Assembly (NCBI GenBank): GCA_963833575.1
Contig: CAWHXY010000004.1
Location: forward strand, 928,001-992,000
DNA length: 64,000 bases
DNA from: Candidatus Bathyarchaeota archaeon
GTDB taxonomy: Archaea > Thermoproteota > Bathyarchaeia > Bathyarchaeales > Bathycorpusculaceae
Reading direction: 5' to 3'
In this document: in pieces, positions 47,758 to 58,431 of the stretch
Layout of the letters: each line of letters starts with the position of its first letter
How positions within the stretch are numbered: the first letter of the stretch is position 1
The notes under the pieces: generated by a model
Seen by the model: the letters and a program-made list of their open reading frames with translations, nothing else
The model's database searches: none
Told to the model about the DNA's origin: nothing
Position numbers and translations under genes: made by a program

Positions 47758-49473
47758 GTGAAATTTATGGTCGAGTACAAGTGGGTTGCGCTTTCGAATA
47801 CGACTCTTGGCATGTTGATGGCTTCAATAGATAGCACCATCGTTATGATTGCGCTGCCAGCTATTTTCCGAGGAATAAACATTGATCCCTTCTCATCTTT
47901 CCAGTATATGCTTTGGATACTTTTTGGGTACAGCATAGTTACTGCCACATTACTTGTGACATTCGGTAGACTGTCCGACATGTTTGGGCGCGTAAAACTC
48001 TATAACCTTGGATTCGCCATATTCACACTTGGCTCAATACTGCTCTCAATAACACCTAATCAAGGAGACGCAGGAGCAATCGAATTAATAGTTTTCAGAA
48101 TAATTCAGGGAATCGGCGGAGCGTTCCTATTTGCAAACAGCGCCGCAATATTAACTGATGCATTCCCAAGCAATGAACGTGGAAAAGCGCTTGGAATAAA
48201 CCAGATTGCTTTTCTCGCCGGCTCATTAATTGGTTTGATTCTTGGCGGTGTACTAGCGATTATCAATTGGCGGCTAGTGTTTTTGGTAAGTGTCCCAGTT
48301 GGAGTGATAGGTACCATTTGGTCATACTTGAAGCTTAAAGAACAAGGCAATATCAAGAAACACCAGAAACTGGATATATGGGGCAACATTGCTTTTGGCG
48401 GCGGCTTAACATTGGTTTTAACAGGTTTTATTTACGGTTTGATACCGTACGGAAACTCGTCTATGGGCTGGACGAATCCATGGGTCGTTGCTTCCCTTGT
48501 CTCAGGTGTTAGTCTCCTAGTTGCTTTTCCATTCATAGAAAATCATGTTTCTGAGCCCATGTTTAGGCTTGATCTGTTTAAGATAAGAGCGTTTACTGCA
48601 GGAAACCTTGCTTCATTTTTCAGTTCAATGTCAAGAGGGGGAGTCATGATCATGCTTATAATATTGCTTCAGGGAATTTGGCTTCCACTTCACGGCTACA
48701 GCTTTGATTCAACGCCATTTTGGGCTGGAATTTTTATGATACCAATGTCCATTGGTTTTGTCTTAACTGGACCGATTAGCGGCTGGCTCTCTGACAAACA
48801 TGGTGCAAGGCTGCTTGCTACTGCTGGTATGATAATCTCTGCAACTGCATTCATAGGATTCGTTTTGCTTCCAGTCGATTTCATTTACTTAGCATTTGCC
48901 TCTGTGCTTTTTGTTATGGGAATTGGCGGCGGAGTGTTTGCATCTCCTAACATGGCATCGATAATGAACTCAGTTCCTGCAGAATGTAGAGGCGCTGCAT
49001 CTGGAATGCGCGCAACCATTCAGAATAGTGCAATGATGATAAGTCAAGCCGTATTTTTCACAATCATAATAGTTTCGCTTAGCGCCACTCTTCCAGGTGC
49101 ACTTTCCGCCGCCGTGACTAGCGCGGGCGCTTCTCCACAGATTGCACATATCTTCAGCTCAACACCAGCTTCAGGAGCATTATTTGGAGCATTTCTAGGC
49201 TACAATCCAGTTGCAACCATACTTCATACACTTCCAGCATCAGTCATTAGTTCCATACCCACTGCAACAATGACTTATCTTACGGGATCGACGTTTTTCC
49301 CAAATGCAATTTCAAGTCCATTCATGACAGCGCTTAGAGAAGCATTCATTATCGGCGCGGCAATGTGCATTTTAGCAGCAGTTTGCTCTGCATTCAGAGG
49401 GGGAAAATACGTTGATGAAGGACCAAGTGCAATAAAAAATGGGCAAAATATTGCTTTAAAACAAAACGTTTAG
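47758..49473 (+). CDS. MFS drug:H+ antiporter (DHA2, 14-TM type)
   Basis: GRLSDMFGRVKLY motif A, FRIIQGIGG, ERGKALG, GWLSDKHGAR. Confidence 0.93.
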   Translation: MKFMVEYKWVALSNTTLGMLMASIDSTIVMIALPAIFRGINIDPFSSFQYMLWILFGYSIVTATLLVTFGRLSDMFGRVKLYNLGFAIFTLGSILLSITPNQGDAGAIELIVFRIIQGIGGAFLFANSAAILTDAFPSNERGKALGINQIAFLAGSLIGLILGGVLAIINWRLVFLVSVPVGVIGTIWSYLKLKEQGNIKKHQKLDIWGNIAFGGGLTLVLTGFIYGLIPYGNSSMGWTNPWVVASLVSGVSLLVAFPFIENHVSEPMFRLDLFKIRAFTAGNLASFFSSMSRGGVMIMLIILLQGIWLPLHGYSFDSTPFWAGIFMIPMSIGFVLTGPISGWLSDKHGARLLATAGMIISATAFIGFVLLPVDFIYLAFASVLFVMGIGGGVFASPNMASIMNSVPAECRGAASGMRATIQNSAMMISQAVFFTIIIVSLSATLPGALSAAVTSAGASPQIAHIFSSTPASGALFGAFLGYNPVATILHTLPASVISSIPTATMTYLTGSTFFPNAISSPFMTALREAFIIGAAMCILAAVCSAFRGGKYVDEGPSAIKNGQNIALKQNV

Positions 49474-49774
49474 CCTAACAGTATTTTCAGTATGTTCATT
49501 TAAGAGAACCTTTTACATCAGCAGGGATATTTATGACTTAAGTTGTTTCAATCGATGTCAATCAAAGGTTTTTGATGGAGAAATTATGGTTCTGAACTGT
49601 TAGGTCGCTGTTATTATAGATGGCGAGGTGCCTGTTGGAATAGTCACTAAAAGAGAATAAATAATTAATTTAGGGCTTGCCTTATTCTATGCCGCTATTT
49701 CTCGAAAAGACTTTAGGATAAAAAACTCTATCAACAAGAAAGTGGAGAATAAAACTCCATGTTGAATTTCTACC

Positions 49775-50065
49775 CTATAGCTTTGTGAGAGTTATCTCTA
49801 TAGTGGAAACCATTCGAGACCTGTTTTCGCCTTCTCTTGGTGGCATCTCCGCTGTTCCAATAGCTACTTTTGTCACTTTAAGGTCTTTTATGAAGCGGTT
49901 TCTTGTGATTTCTGAGCAGTCAACTGCGGTCGTTATTGCTTGGCCTCTTGCTTTCAGAGTAATTTCTTTGTTTACGCCAGAAGAGAATGCGGTTATGATG
50001 GCGAGCACATAGCTCATGGGTGGTTTGTTTCCGACGAAGATTACGTCGCTAGGTTTTTCTGTCAT
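49775..50065 (-). CDS. albA: Chromatin protein Alba
   Basis: IFVGNKPPMSYVLA, LKARGQAITTAVD, VSTIEITL. Confidence 0.95.
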   Translation of the reverse strand: MTEKPSDVIFVGNKPPMSYVLAIITAFSSGVNKEITLKARGQAITTAVDCSEITRNRFIKDLKVTKVAIGTAEMPPREGENRSRMVSTIEITLTKL

Positions 50066-50249
50066 ATTCTTGTCACTTCTCCATGTCAAATGATTCCGTC
50101 TCGTATATGGCTAATGCCGTTTTAGCGGTGGCTACCATGACCTTCCAAAAATAAGGGGCATATTGGGAAAGGATAGTCGAAAAATAACATATCAGAACAT
50201 ATAAAAATCAAATAAATAAATTCAAACATATCTACTCAATACCGCCAGT

Positions 50250-50864
50250 TTTTGAAAGGCATCTGCTATATCAATGATACAATGCAAACTTTAACCGAAA
50301 ACTTTTTCAGGAAATTTTTGCAAGCGCCAAGTGAGACATTAAAAATAAGTCGAATCGACATCAACGACAACATATCACCATAATTTCCCAGTCAAAGGAC
50401 ATTACCCAGAACCAATCCAAATCTCGATCAAAATCATCGCGATGCTATATTCACTAACAAAAGAATCAGAGCGATTCTTTTCGAAACATACGGAATTATG
50501 TCAAGCAATCAACACACGAATCCGAAAAAGATTGCGAAACAGTTCACAAAAATTCGCGTCCCCCCCCCCCATTGAATTAAGACGCTTCAGATACTGGAGA
50601 GGAAAAAACTATGTTTGCACATTATCTTAAACAGTTATGTTCTGAAAATCCAGAAAAATTCTAAGACACAAACGGGCTGACCGAATGATGAAGTATAGTT
50701 CAGATGCTTAATCTAGAAGATGACGAGTTTGAGGTAACAAGACAAACAACAATCGATGAAATCGAAAGCTGGGCTTGGTAGGCTGGTTAAAATACTGCGA
50801 AATTGTCGTTAGTGAAAAGCACATTAATTTCTACAAAAAACCAAAAAAATTTTCAAACGCTTAA
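50250..50864 (+). pseudogene. Heavily decayed tyrosine recombinase/integrase relic (5' boundary approximate)
   Basis: Fragments across frames: PVKGHYP (catalytic Lys region), IELRRFRYW (xxRH box), KILRHK..MMKY (H and Tyr boxes), QMLNLEDDEFEV..TTIDEI..GWLKY..FYKKPKKF C-terminal tail. Confidence 0.62.
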
Positions 50865-50981
50865 GCTGATCGCTGTCTCAAAAGTATACTTATAAAAACA
50901 GTAGCATATGTATAAGCTTTTATACGTATGTTGATGAGATGTTAAAATAATGTTAATTGCTTCCGTGAGGATAAAGACTAA

Positions 50982-53900
50982 ATGCCCTACATAAAAAAAA
51001 TCGAGTTAAAGGGATTCAAGTCTTTTGGGCCACAGACTGTCAAAATTAATTTGGACAAAGGTTTCACAGCAGTAACAGGTCCAAACGGAAGCGGAAAATC
51101 CAACATTATGGATGCAGTGCTTTTCTCGCTTGGCGAACTAAGTACCAGAAGGTTACGCGCTGAAAATGCTGCTCAACTCATATTTCATGGCTCAGAAAAA
51201 GCTGGGCAAGAAAAAGCTAAAATGGCAAAAGTTGTCATTCAATTTGATAATACAGATGGAACAATGCCAGTTGATACAACCACAGTAACTATTTCACGTG
51301 AAGTTTTTCGAAACGGTCAAAGCGTTTATCGGTTAAATGGTAGAAGAATGTCAAGGGCATACATTACAGAAACGTTATCGATGAGCTCAATCAGCAGTAT
51401 GAGCCAAAACATTATTCCTCAGGGCACATTAACTAGGTTAACCGATCTTACTTCTGTTGAACGTCGAAGAATTATTGAAGACCTTGTTGGAATCGGTCAA
51501 TATGATGCGGAAAAGGCCGAAGCAGAAGAAAAACTTCGAGCAGCTGACATTTCAATACGTACAGCCATGGGTAGAATAGATGAAGTTCAAAAACGTTTAG
51601 ATGATTTGGAGCGTGAACGCAACCAACTCTTACGATACAATTTCATTCAAAGTGAAACCAGAAAGTTTCAAGCAATAAAAATCTCAAGCGACATAACACA
51701 ACTAAACCTCAAAATAAATGAAGCAACCGGCCAAACTGAAAAAGTAAAAGCCAGAGTTGACAAATTAAAAGAACAACGGGATCTGCGAAGATCAAAACGA
51801 CATGAAATTGAGGCTGACTGGAGAAAACTCAGCGGCGAAAACCTTGAGGCAGGCGGATCTGAAGTTCTTAAGGTTCAAATAACGATTGGTGATTTAAAAT
51901 CTAGACTAACTGAATTATCGACAAGAATTACTTCTGGGCAAGGCAGCTTCGAAAGTCTACGTCGAATAAGAGAAAACAACATTGCTCAGCAAGAAAATCT
52001 TAGAAATGAAATAAGAGAAAACCGTTTAAAAATTAGGGTATTTCGTAGTGAATACTGTAAAATCAAAGATCAAATAGAGCAAAAAGAGCTGGAACATGAA
52101 GCTTTGGCAAAACAAACTGCCGAGCTTTGGGGTGGACTAGGCGATAATAATCAGCAAATACACTTAAAGCAAGCAGAAATTGATAACCACGTTAAACGGC
52201 TTGCTTATTTACGGTCAGAATATACAAAAGATAAAGCAGCTTTGCGTCTCTGCACCGGAAGACTCAAAAACTTAACCGTGCGAAAAGAAAAATTCCAGAC
52301 AAACATAGCCGAAATCGAAAAGTCATTATCGGAACTTGAACAAGTTCAAAAGGATCAGAAAGCTCAATTTAAAAATCTCGAACACGTCATTGAACGCAAA
52401 AAGATCCAAAAAGAAACGGTTGAAAGAGAAATAAGTGAAGCCGAAAAAATAGCTAGTTCAGCTAAAGATGCTGTAGTAGAATTTGCTACTCAACGAGACC
52501 TTGCCTCAACCATAGCGGCTGAAGAAAAAGCTTTGAGAAGTATTGAGGAAATGGGTAATGTCGGTGCAATAGTTGGAATTCACGGTAGATTACGCGAATT
52601 AATTAAAATAGATAAAAATTATAAGAAAGCCATAGAGGCGGCGGCAACTGGTTGGCTTGATGCTTTAGTTGTGTCAAACATTGAAACAGCGTTCACTTGT
52701 GCCGAGACTCTCAGGCGTATGAAACTGGGCAGAGTCAAAATAATTCCGTTGCAGGGAGCCATAAACGTCAAGAACAAAGCCACGCCCAGTCGAGATGGCG
52801 TAGTAGGCGCACTTTCAAGCTTCATGAAATATGAAAACAACTATGATTTGGCCGTGAATTATGTTTTCGGAGACACGGTTGTTGTTTCAAACGATAAGGC
52901 AGCGTTTGCTATTTCGAACGAAGGCTACCGAGCAGTTACTGTTAATGGCGATTTGTATGAGCCAGGCGCTTTTGAAAGCGGCTATTACCGTGCACCAATT
53001 GATTTCTCAACAATTATTCCTAGCGAGAATGCTTTGAAAAGTTTAGATGAAGCAGTCAAAGCTCTGCAAACACACCTCACTCAAAGGGGAACTGACATAA
53101 CTGGCATCGAGGAAGAAATTGAACGAAGCAAAATCGAAATTACTCGTTTATCAGAGTCAATCGCGACTTTAGATAGGGAAATAGTTAGGATAAAAAGAAG
53201 TGTTAAAAGAACGCAATTCAATATTCGGCATACCGAAAAGTACGGTGGCAAACTTGAGCGTGAAGCAGCTTCTTACAAGGGTCGTATGAGCATATATATG
53301 AATGAACGGAATTCCATCAGAAGAGACGATCAGAGGTTACATGCTGATATTGTTAATTTAAGATTGAAAACTGATGTTGCCCACATCCAAGAACTTGAGG
53401 TTCAAAGGGAAAAACTTGGCGAGGAAATAAATAATCTGCGCCAGAAATCAGGGTCAACTCAAACAGAAATTTCAACTTACCAGTCTCAATTTGACCGAGT
53501 TCTGCGAAATGGTTACAAAAACATTAAGATTCAGATAGTTAAAGTTGATCAGCAACAGAAAAAACTGGAAAAAGAGATTGTTGAGGCAATTCAAGAACGC
53601 GAGACAATCAAGAAAGAGCTCGATGAGCTAGACAAAAACCGCGTTGAGCTCTCAAAAGCCGTTTTTTCTGCACGCGAAGAATCCAAAAAATTCACTTCAC
53701 AAATAGATAGTATTGATGCTGATTTACGTTTACTCGATTCGGAGTATGAGCAAGCGGAGCGGTTACTAAACCAACTTCAACTAAGCATGGAAACAAGCCA
53801 ACTTCGCCTTCAGCAACTCCAATATCAACTTCGCCAATTCGGCTATGAACAGCCATTTGAAACAAATCAAAAACAGGTCGAAGATGCAGAAACAACTATA

Positions 53901-54533
53901 CGCATGATGCAGTTTGAAATAGAAAGAATTGGCGCCATAAACCAGCTAGCGCTATCACATTACTCTGAGCAGATTTCTAGGTATAGAGAATTATCCGTGC
54001 GGTTAAACGAGCTGGAAAAAGAAAAGCAAGCCATCGTTCAGTTCATGGATGAAATTGAATCTAAAAAACGCAAAGTTTTCATGACAGCCTTCGAAAAAAT
54101 CAATATTGGACTCAAAACCTACTTTTCTAAACTCACCGGCGGTGGAGAAGCTACACTTAAGCTTGAAAACCCAGAAGAACCTTTTTCCGGCGGCATAGAC
54201 ATGATAGTGCAATTCCCAAACAAACCCTCAATTGTCGTTAGCGGGGCAAGCGGTGGCGAAAGATCAGTTTCAGCAGTCAGCTTCATTTTCTCACTAAAAG
54301 AATTCACTCCTGCATCATTCTACATTCTCGACGAGGTTGACGCCCACTTAGACGCTTACCATACAGCAAAACTTGCTGAAGTGCTACTTGAAGAAGCAGC
54401 AAAAATGCAGTTTGTTGTGATTAGCCTGCGTCCTGAAATGGTTAACAAAGCACAAAAAGTCTATGGTGTTTATGAACGAAATGGAGTCTCAAATGTTGTA
54501 ACAGCAAAGTTCCCAGCGGAGGTAGCCGCTTAA
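50982..54533 (+). CDS. smc: Chromosome segregation ATPase SMC
   Basis: GFKSF, GPNGSGKSN, hinge with GRVKIIPL, long coiled coils, ASGGER signature, ILDEVDAHLD. Confidence 0.97.
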   Translation: MPYIKKIELKGFKSFGPQTVKINLDKGFTAVTGPNGSGKSNIMDAVLFSLGELSTRRLRAENAAQLIFHGSEKAGQEKAKMAKVVIQFDNTDGTMPVDTTTVTISREVFRNGQSVYRLNGRRMSRAYITETLSMSSISSMSQNIIPQGTLTRLTDLTSVERRRIIEDLVGIGQYDAEKAEAEEKLRAADISIRTAMGRIDEVQKRLDDLERERNQLLRYNFIQSETRKFQAIKISSDITQLNLKINEATGQTEKVKARVDKLKEQRDLRRSKRHEIEADWRKLSGENLEAGGSEVLKVQITIGDLKSRLTELSTRITSGQGSFESLRRIRENNIAQQENLRNEIRENRLKIRVFRSEYCKIKDQIEQKELEHEALAKQTAELWGGLGDNNQQIHLKQAEIDNHVKRLAYLRSEYTKDKAALRLCTGRLKNLTVRKEKFQTNIAEIEKSLSELEQVQKDQKAQFKNLEHVIERKKIQKETVEREISEAEKIASSAKDAVVEFATQRDLASTIAAEEKALRSIEEMGNVGAIVGIHGRLRELIKIDKNYKKAIEAAATGWLDALVVSNIETAFTCAETLRRMKLGRVKIIPLQGAINVKNKATPSRDGVVGALSSFMKYENNYDLAVNYVFGDTVVVSNDKAAFAISNEGYRAVTVNGDLYEPGAFESGYYRAPIDFSTIIPSENALKSLDEAVKALQTHLTQRGTDITGIEEEIERSKIEITRLSESIATLDREIVRIKRSVKRTQFNIRHTEKYGGKLEREAASYKGRMSIYMNERNSIRRDDQRLHADIVNLRLKTDVAHIQELEVQREKLGEEINNLRQKSGSTQTEISTYQSQFDRVLRNGYKNIKIQIVKVDQQQKKLEKEIVEAIQERETIKKELDELDKNRVELSKAVFSAREESKKFTSQIDSIDADLRLLDSEYEQAERLLNQLQLSMETSQLRLQQLQYQLRQFGYEQPFETNQKQVEDAETTIRMMQFEIERIGAINQLALSHYSEQISRYRELSVRLNELEKEKQAIVQFMDEIESKKRKVFMTAFEKINIGLKTYFSKLTGGGEATLKLENPEEPFSGGIDMIVQFPNKPSIVVSGASGGERSVSAVSFIFSLKEFTPASFYILDEVDAHLDAYHTAKLAEVLLEEAAKMQFVVISLRPEMVNKAQKVYGVYERNGVSNVVTAKFPAEVAA

Positions 54534-55250
54534 ATGGCTTCAGCATCGACTACACCACTTAGAAGACCATTCTACCTTCGCCCACCATGGAACATTCTAT
54601 TTGAAATTAGCAAGCTTGAGAAGCTTACTCCTTGGAATGTAAACATAGCCTACCTGTTGCAGTCATTTCTTACGGAAATGGAGCGAACAAAAAACGTAGA
54701 TTTCCGCGCTTCAGGAGTTGCATTGGATTCTTCAGCGCTTATTTACTTAATGAAGTCCAAACTTCTGCTTACTTTGCAAGAGCCTCCAGTGACGCCGCCT
54801 AAAGGTCCGCAGGACTTTGTTCCTCCACCATTATTCTTGCCACTTCGTCACGAGTTAACTTCTACAACTATTCAGCATTTGCTTGAAGTCTTAGACGATG
54901 TTCTAAAGGGAGAAAAACTTCTTCATCTCAATCACACGGTTGAGCAGCATCCGGTTCTTCCATCTGTCACAGATTTGATGCCCCAGTTTGACAGGTTTAT
55001 CGCTGAACTGGAATTGCAGGTTGATCAACTATACGCTATCTTATGTGAAAAAGTGAAAGGCTCGGGAATAATAGATTTTTCAACTTTAACGAAAGGTTCA
55101 ACCAGAATTGAAGCGTTAAGAATGTTTATTTATCTCCTGTTTTTAGCTCAAGATGGCATGGTAAGTCTATGGCAGAACGAAGAAACTGAAGAATTATACA
55201 TTGCAGTGGGGAAATTAAACGTTGGAAAAGCCCAAGGTACAACCAGTTGA
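54534..55250 (+). CDS. scpA: Kleisin ScpA
   Basis: PWNVNI, ALIYLMKSKLL, C-terminal FIYLLFLAQDGMVSLWQ; abuts the smc stop. Confidence 0.88.
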   Translation: MASASTTPLRRPFYLRPPWNILFEISKLEKLTPWNVNIAYLLQSFLTEMERTKNVDFRASGVALDSSALIYLMKSKLLLTLQEPPVTPPKGPQDFVPPPLFLPLRHELTSTTIQHLLEVLDDVLKGEKLLHLNHTVEQHPVLPSVTDLMPQFDRFIAELELQVDQLYAILCEKVKGSGIIDFSTLTKGSTRIEALRMFIYLLFLAQDGMVSLWQNEETEELYIAVGKLNVGKAQGTTS

Positions 55251-55821
55251 TCTAAACGCCGAAGCGGAACAAGCTCAAGATAACGAGCGAAAAGCTCACT
55301 CCATCGCACTTTTGGAAGCAGCGTTATTTGTTGCTGGTCGTCCACTAGATGTCAATGAGTTATGTCAAGTCATCGGCAGCCGCTCAAAAAAGAAAGCCAC
55401 AAAGTTTGCTGACACGCTCGTTCAAGAGTATAACGCAAGAAATACCGCACTGGAAATTTTAGCTTTAAAAGATGAACGCTACGTGCTTCAGGTTAAGGCA
55501 GAATTTACTCATTTGATCCAAAAACTTGTGAATCGTCCATTGCTGTCTTCTGGACCGTTAAAAACACTTTCTTACATTGCCCTTCGGCAGCCAATTTCCC
55601 AGAAAAGAGTAATTGACGTTAGGGGGCAACACGCATACGGTCATATAAAGGAGCTAAAAGAAAGGCGTTTGATTCAGGCCGAAAAAAGCGGACGCACAAT
55701 GGCGCTGAAAACGACTAGTGACTTCGCTGACTATTTCGGGTTACCGAATGATATCACTGAGATGAAAAAAAACCTGAAGAAGATTTTTGGTGAAGCCTTA
55801 AAAGACGAAGCAGAAAAGTAA
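55222..55821 (+). CDS. scpB: Kite subunit ScpB
   Basis: LEAALFVAGRPL, LKTLSYIALRQPISQ, IDVRG, TTSDFADYFGL. Confidence 0.93.
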   Translation: MEKPKVQPVDLNAEAEQAQDNERKAHSIALLEAALFVAGRPLDVNELCQVIGSRSKKKATKFADTLVQEYNARNTALEILALKDERYVLQVKAEFTHLIQKLVNRPLLSSGPLKTLSYIALRQPISQKRVIDVRGQHAYGHIKELKERRLIQAEKSGRTMALKTTSDFADYFGLPNDITEMKKNLKKIFGEALKDEAEK

Positions 55822-55934
55822 CAAGGAACATTTCTTGGCGAAGAAGCTTAGCCTTAAAACGGATACGTTTATATGGAAATTAACCGTTTTAGTGACTACT
55901 CGAATTAATAATTCATAAAAAGGAAATGTAGAAT

Positions 55935-56330
55935 ATGGCTTTCCATAGCAGTATATACAAAAGAAAACTCTCAGGCGGCAAAAAAAGAGCCTACAGATCA
56001 AAGAAAAAATATGAGGTAGGCGGATATGCAGCGGAAACAGTACTTGGCGAACCAAAGAGAAAAAGCACAAGAGGATTAGGCGGTATCAGTAAAGTTAAAG
56101 TTTTAACCGACAAATTCGCTTCAGTAACTGACCCAAAAACCGGCAAGACACAAAAAACTGAAATCACACGTGTGGTCAAAAACGGTGCAAACGTTGACTT
56201 TAACAGAAGAGGCGTCATAACCAAAGGCGCAGAAATCGAAACCGCTCTAGGACAAGCAAAAGTTACCAGTCGCCCAGGCAGCGACGGAGTAATCAACGCA
56301 GTCTTAATTGCAGGCAAAGAAAAAAGCTAA
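55935..56330 (+). CDS. rps8e: 30S ribosomal protein S8e
   Basis: KRKLSGG, RRGVITKGAEIET, VTSRPGSDGVINAVL. Confidence 0.97.
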   Translation: MAFHSSIYKRKLSGGKKRAYRSKKKYEVGGYAAETVLGEPKRKSTRGLGGISKVKVLTDKFASVTDPKTGKTQKTEITRVVKNGANVDFNRRGVITKGAEIETALGQAKVTSRPGSDGVINAVLIAGKEKS

Positions 56331-56338
56331 AAATCCAT

Positions 56339-56644
56339 TTAGTATTTTGTCGTCTGTTGCTGGTTTTTGATTTTCATTAATTGTTTTGCTATTTTCTGAA
56401 TTATCTTTTCTTTTGGTTCCTTCTTTTCAACAAGCAACATTCCAGTCTTAGCCCACGGCATTTTTGGGAAATGAGCTTCAAGGTTTATCTCATTTTTTAA
56501 TCCTAATTTGTCCGTTGCTTCTTTGAGCTCTGCGATTTTTGGGGATTGCACTGCCAAATTTTTTGATACTCGTCGACCTTTTTTCCTGGTTTTTGAGGAA
56601 TCAAAGTATATGGGCCAAATTATTGCTTTATCGAGTTTTTTCAC
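56339..56644 (-). CDS. srp19: Signal recognition particle protein SRP19
   Basis: IIWPIYFDSSKTRKKGRRVSK, FPKMPW. Confidence 0.94.
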   Translation of the reverse strand: MKKLDKAIIWPIYFDSSKTRKKGRRVSKNLAVQSPKIAELKEATDKLGLKNEINLEAHFPKMPWAKTGMLLVEKKEPKEKIIQKIAKQLMKIKNQQQTTKY

Positions 56645-56657
56645 GTTGTTTCACCAT

Positions 56658-58409
56658 TTATTTGTGGGCATAATAACCTACGAGTTTTTGGTTTGCTTCG
56701 TCTATGCGTGTGAATCCGAAGCGTTCAAACTGTATTATTGCGTCTGGCTTTAACTTTTTGCAGGCGCTTTCAGCAAAACCTTCAATTACTGATGCGTTTG
56801 GCATAACTATTTCGCAGGGGAATTCCTCGTCCTTAGGTATCCATTGGATGAGCGGGGCTTTGATTTTTCTGATGTCTTCGTAGGATTCGCTGACAAAAGT
56901 TGCAGTTTCTGAATTACCTATTTTGCTTTCGATTTTAACGTTAAAAAGTTCCATGAGCCTAACGATATCGCCTGTTTTTATAGCTTCTAAATCTTTCTTT
57001 GAAATCCAGAAAGTAACTGCTTTCTCGTTCCCTTGAGGCGATATGGTGTACTCTCTGAAGCCTTGCTCAGGTTTCTCAGGATGCATTGGAAGCATTGCAT
57101 CGAAGGTTTTCGGGACTTCCAAAACTTTAAGCTCAACTGGCGCGGGAACGAAGAAATACCGGTGGCTTGTGGCGTCAAGGATTTTGCGGTTGTAAGAAAA
57201 CAGGTTCTCCCAGCTTAATGTAACATCGTTTGATTTTATTCCAACATCAATAATCATTTTTTTGATGGCTTCTGGTGTTATGCCTCGTTTCCTTAGTGCT
57301 AAGAACGTGCCGAGCCGTGGATCATCAAAGCCTGAATATATGCCTTCTTTTACGCCCTGAACAATCTTAGACTTACTCAAAAAAGCCCCTGTGATCTTTA
57401 ACCTACCATAATGTATGGCTTCAGGGTATTCCCAACCCAAATATTTGTACATGAATTTTTGGCGAACCATGTTAGTGTAATGTTCTTTGCCGCGGATGAT
57501 ATGGGTCATGCCCATTAGGTGGTCGTCTAAGCCCGCTGCTAAATTGTAGAGAGGCCAAACAATGTATTTACTTCCCACCCGAGGGTGAGGATACTTTTTT
57601 GTGTCTATGATTCTAAGCGCTGGCCAATCACGGACTGCGGGGTTTGGATTTTCTAAGTCCGTTTTTACTCGAACCACAGCTTGGCCTTCTTTATAGCCGC
57701 CGTCTAACATGCGGTGCCAACGTTCTAAGTTCTCAGCAGCCGGTAGGATTCTGCATGGGCAAGCTTGTTTTGCTATGATTTTTTTCCTGAATTCCTCAGG
57801 CGGGCACTCACAGACATAAGCGTTGCCATCTCCAATTAGCCGCTCGGTATACTCGTAGTAAACTGGCAAACGGTCGCTTTGGATATATTCTTCGTCAACT
57901 TTGCAACCTAGCCACTTTAGATCTTGCTTAATGCTTTCATAAAACACTAAAGACGGTTTTTTGATTTTGGGATCTGTATCTTCAAAGCGCAAAATAAACT
58001 TGCCTTTGTAAATACGGGCGTACTCGTGACTTAGCAGAATTGCTCTTGCTGAACCCAAATGTAGGACACAATCAGGGTTTGGGGAAAACCGAGTCACTAT
58101 CTGAGCGTATTTATCAGCATTAGGAAGGGGCGGAAGTTTTTTTTCTTCAGCTTTCTCTTTCTTTTGAGTTTCAGGCCATTTTTCCTCGACAATTGCCTTC
58201 TGCTCTGTCAATGAGAGGCTGTTTACTTCATTTACAACTGAGTTAATTATGATTGAGAGCTCTTTTATCTTGGATCTTAGGTCTTGTCTTTCGCCAAGAA
58301 TTTTGCCGACCATGACGCCTGCTTGAGCCTTGCCATCATGCGAAACTGCATTGAGTAAAGCAGCTTTCCGAATCTGTTCTCTAAGATCATTATCGTTTTC
58401 AAGTGCCAA
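56658..58409 (-). CDS. gltX: Glutamyl-tRNA synthetase (archaeal)
   Basis: RFSPNPDCVLHLGS, LRFEDTDP, THIIRGKEH, LSKS, QFERFGF. Confidence 0.96.
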   Translation of the reverse strand: MALENDNDLREQIRKAALLNAVSHDGKAQAGVMVGKILGERQDLRSKIKELSIIINSVVNEVNSLSLTEQKAIVEEKWPETQKKEKAEEKKLPPLPNADKYAQIVTRFSPNPDCVLHLGSARAILLSHEYARIYKGKFILRFEDTDPKIKKPSLVFYESIKQDLKWLGCKVDEEYIQSDRLPVYYEYTERLIGDGNAYVCECPPEEFRKKIIAKQACPCRILPAAENLERWHRMLDGGYKEGQAVVRVKTDLENPNPAVRDWPALRIIDTKKYPHPRVGSKYIVWPLYNLAAGLDDHLMGMTHIIRGKEHYTNMVRQKFMYKYLGWEYPEAIHYGRLKITGAFLSKSKIVQGVKEGIYSGFDDPRLGTFLALRKRGITPEAIKKMIIDVGIKSNDVTLSWENLFSYNRKILDATSHRYFFVPAPVELKVLEVPKTFDAMLPMHPEKPEQGFREYTISPQGNEKAVTFWISKKDLEAIKTGDIVRLMELFNVKIESKIGNSETATFVSESYEDIRKIKAPLIQWIPKDEEFPCEIVMPNASVIEGFAESACKKLKPDAIIQFERFGFTRIDEANQKLVGYYAHK

Positions 58410-58431
58410 ATTCTTTACGCTCGCTGAAACA

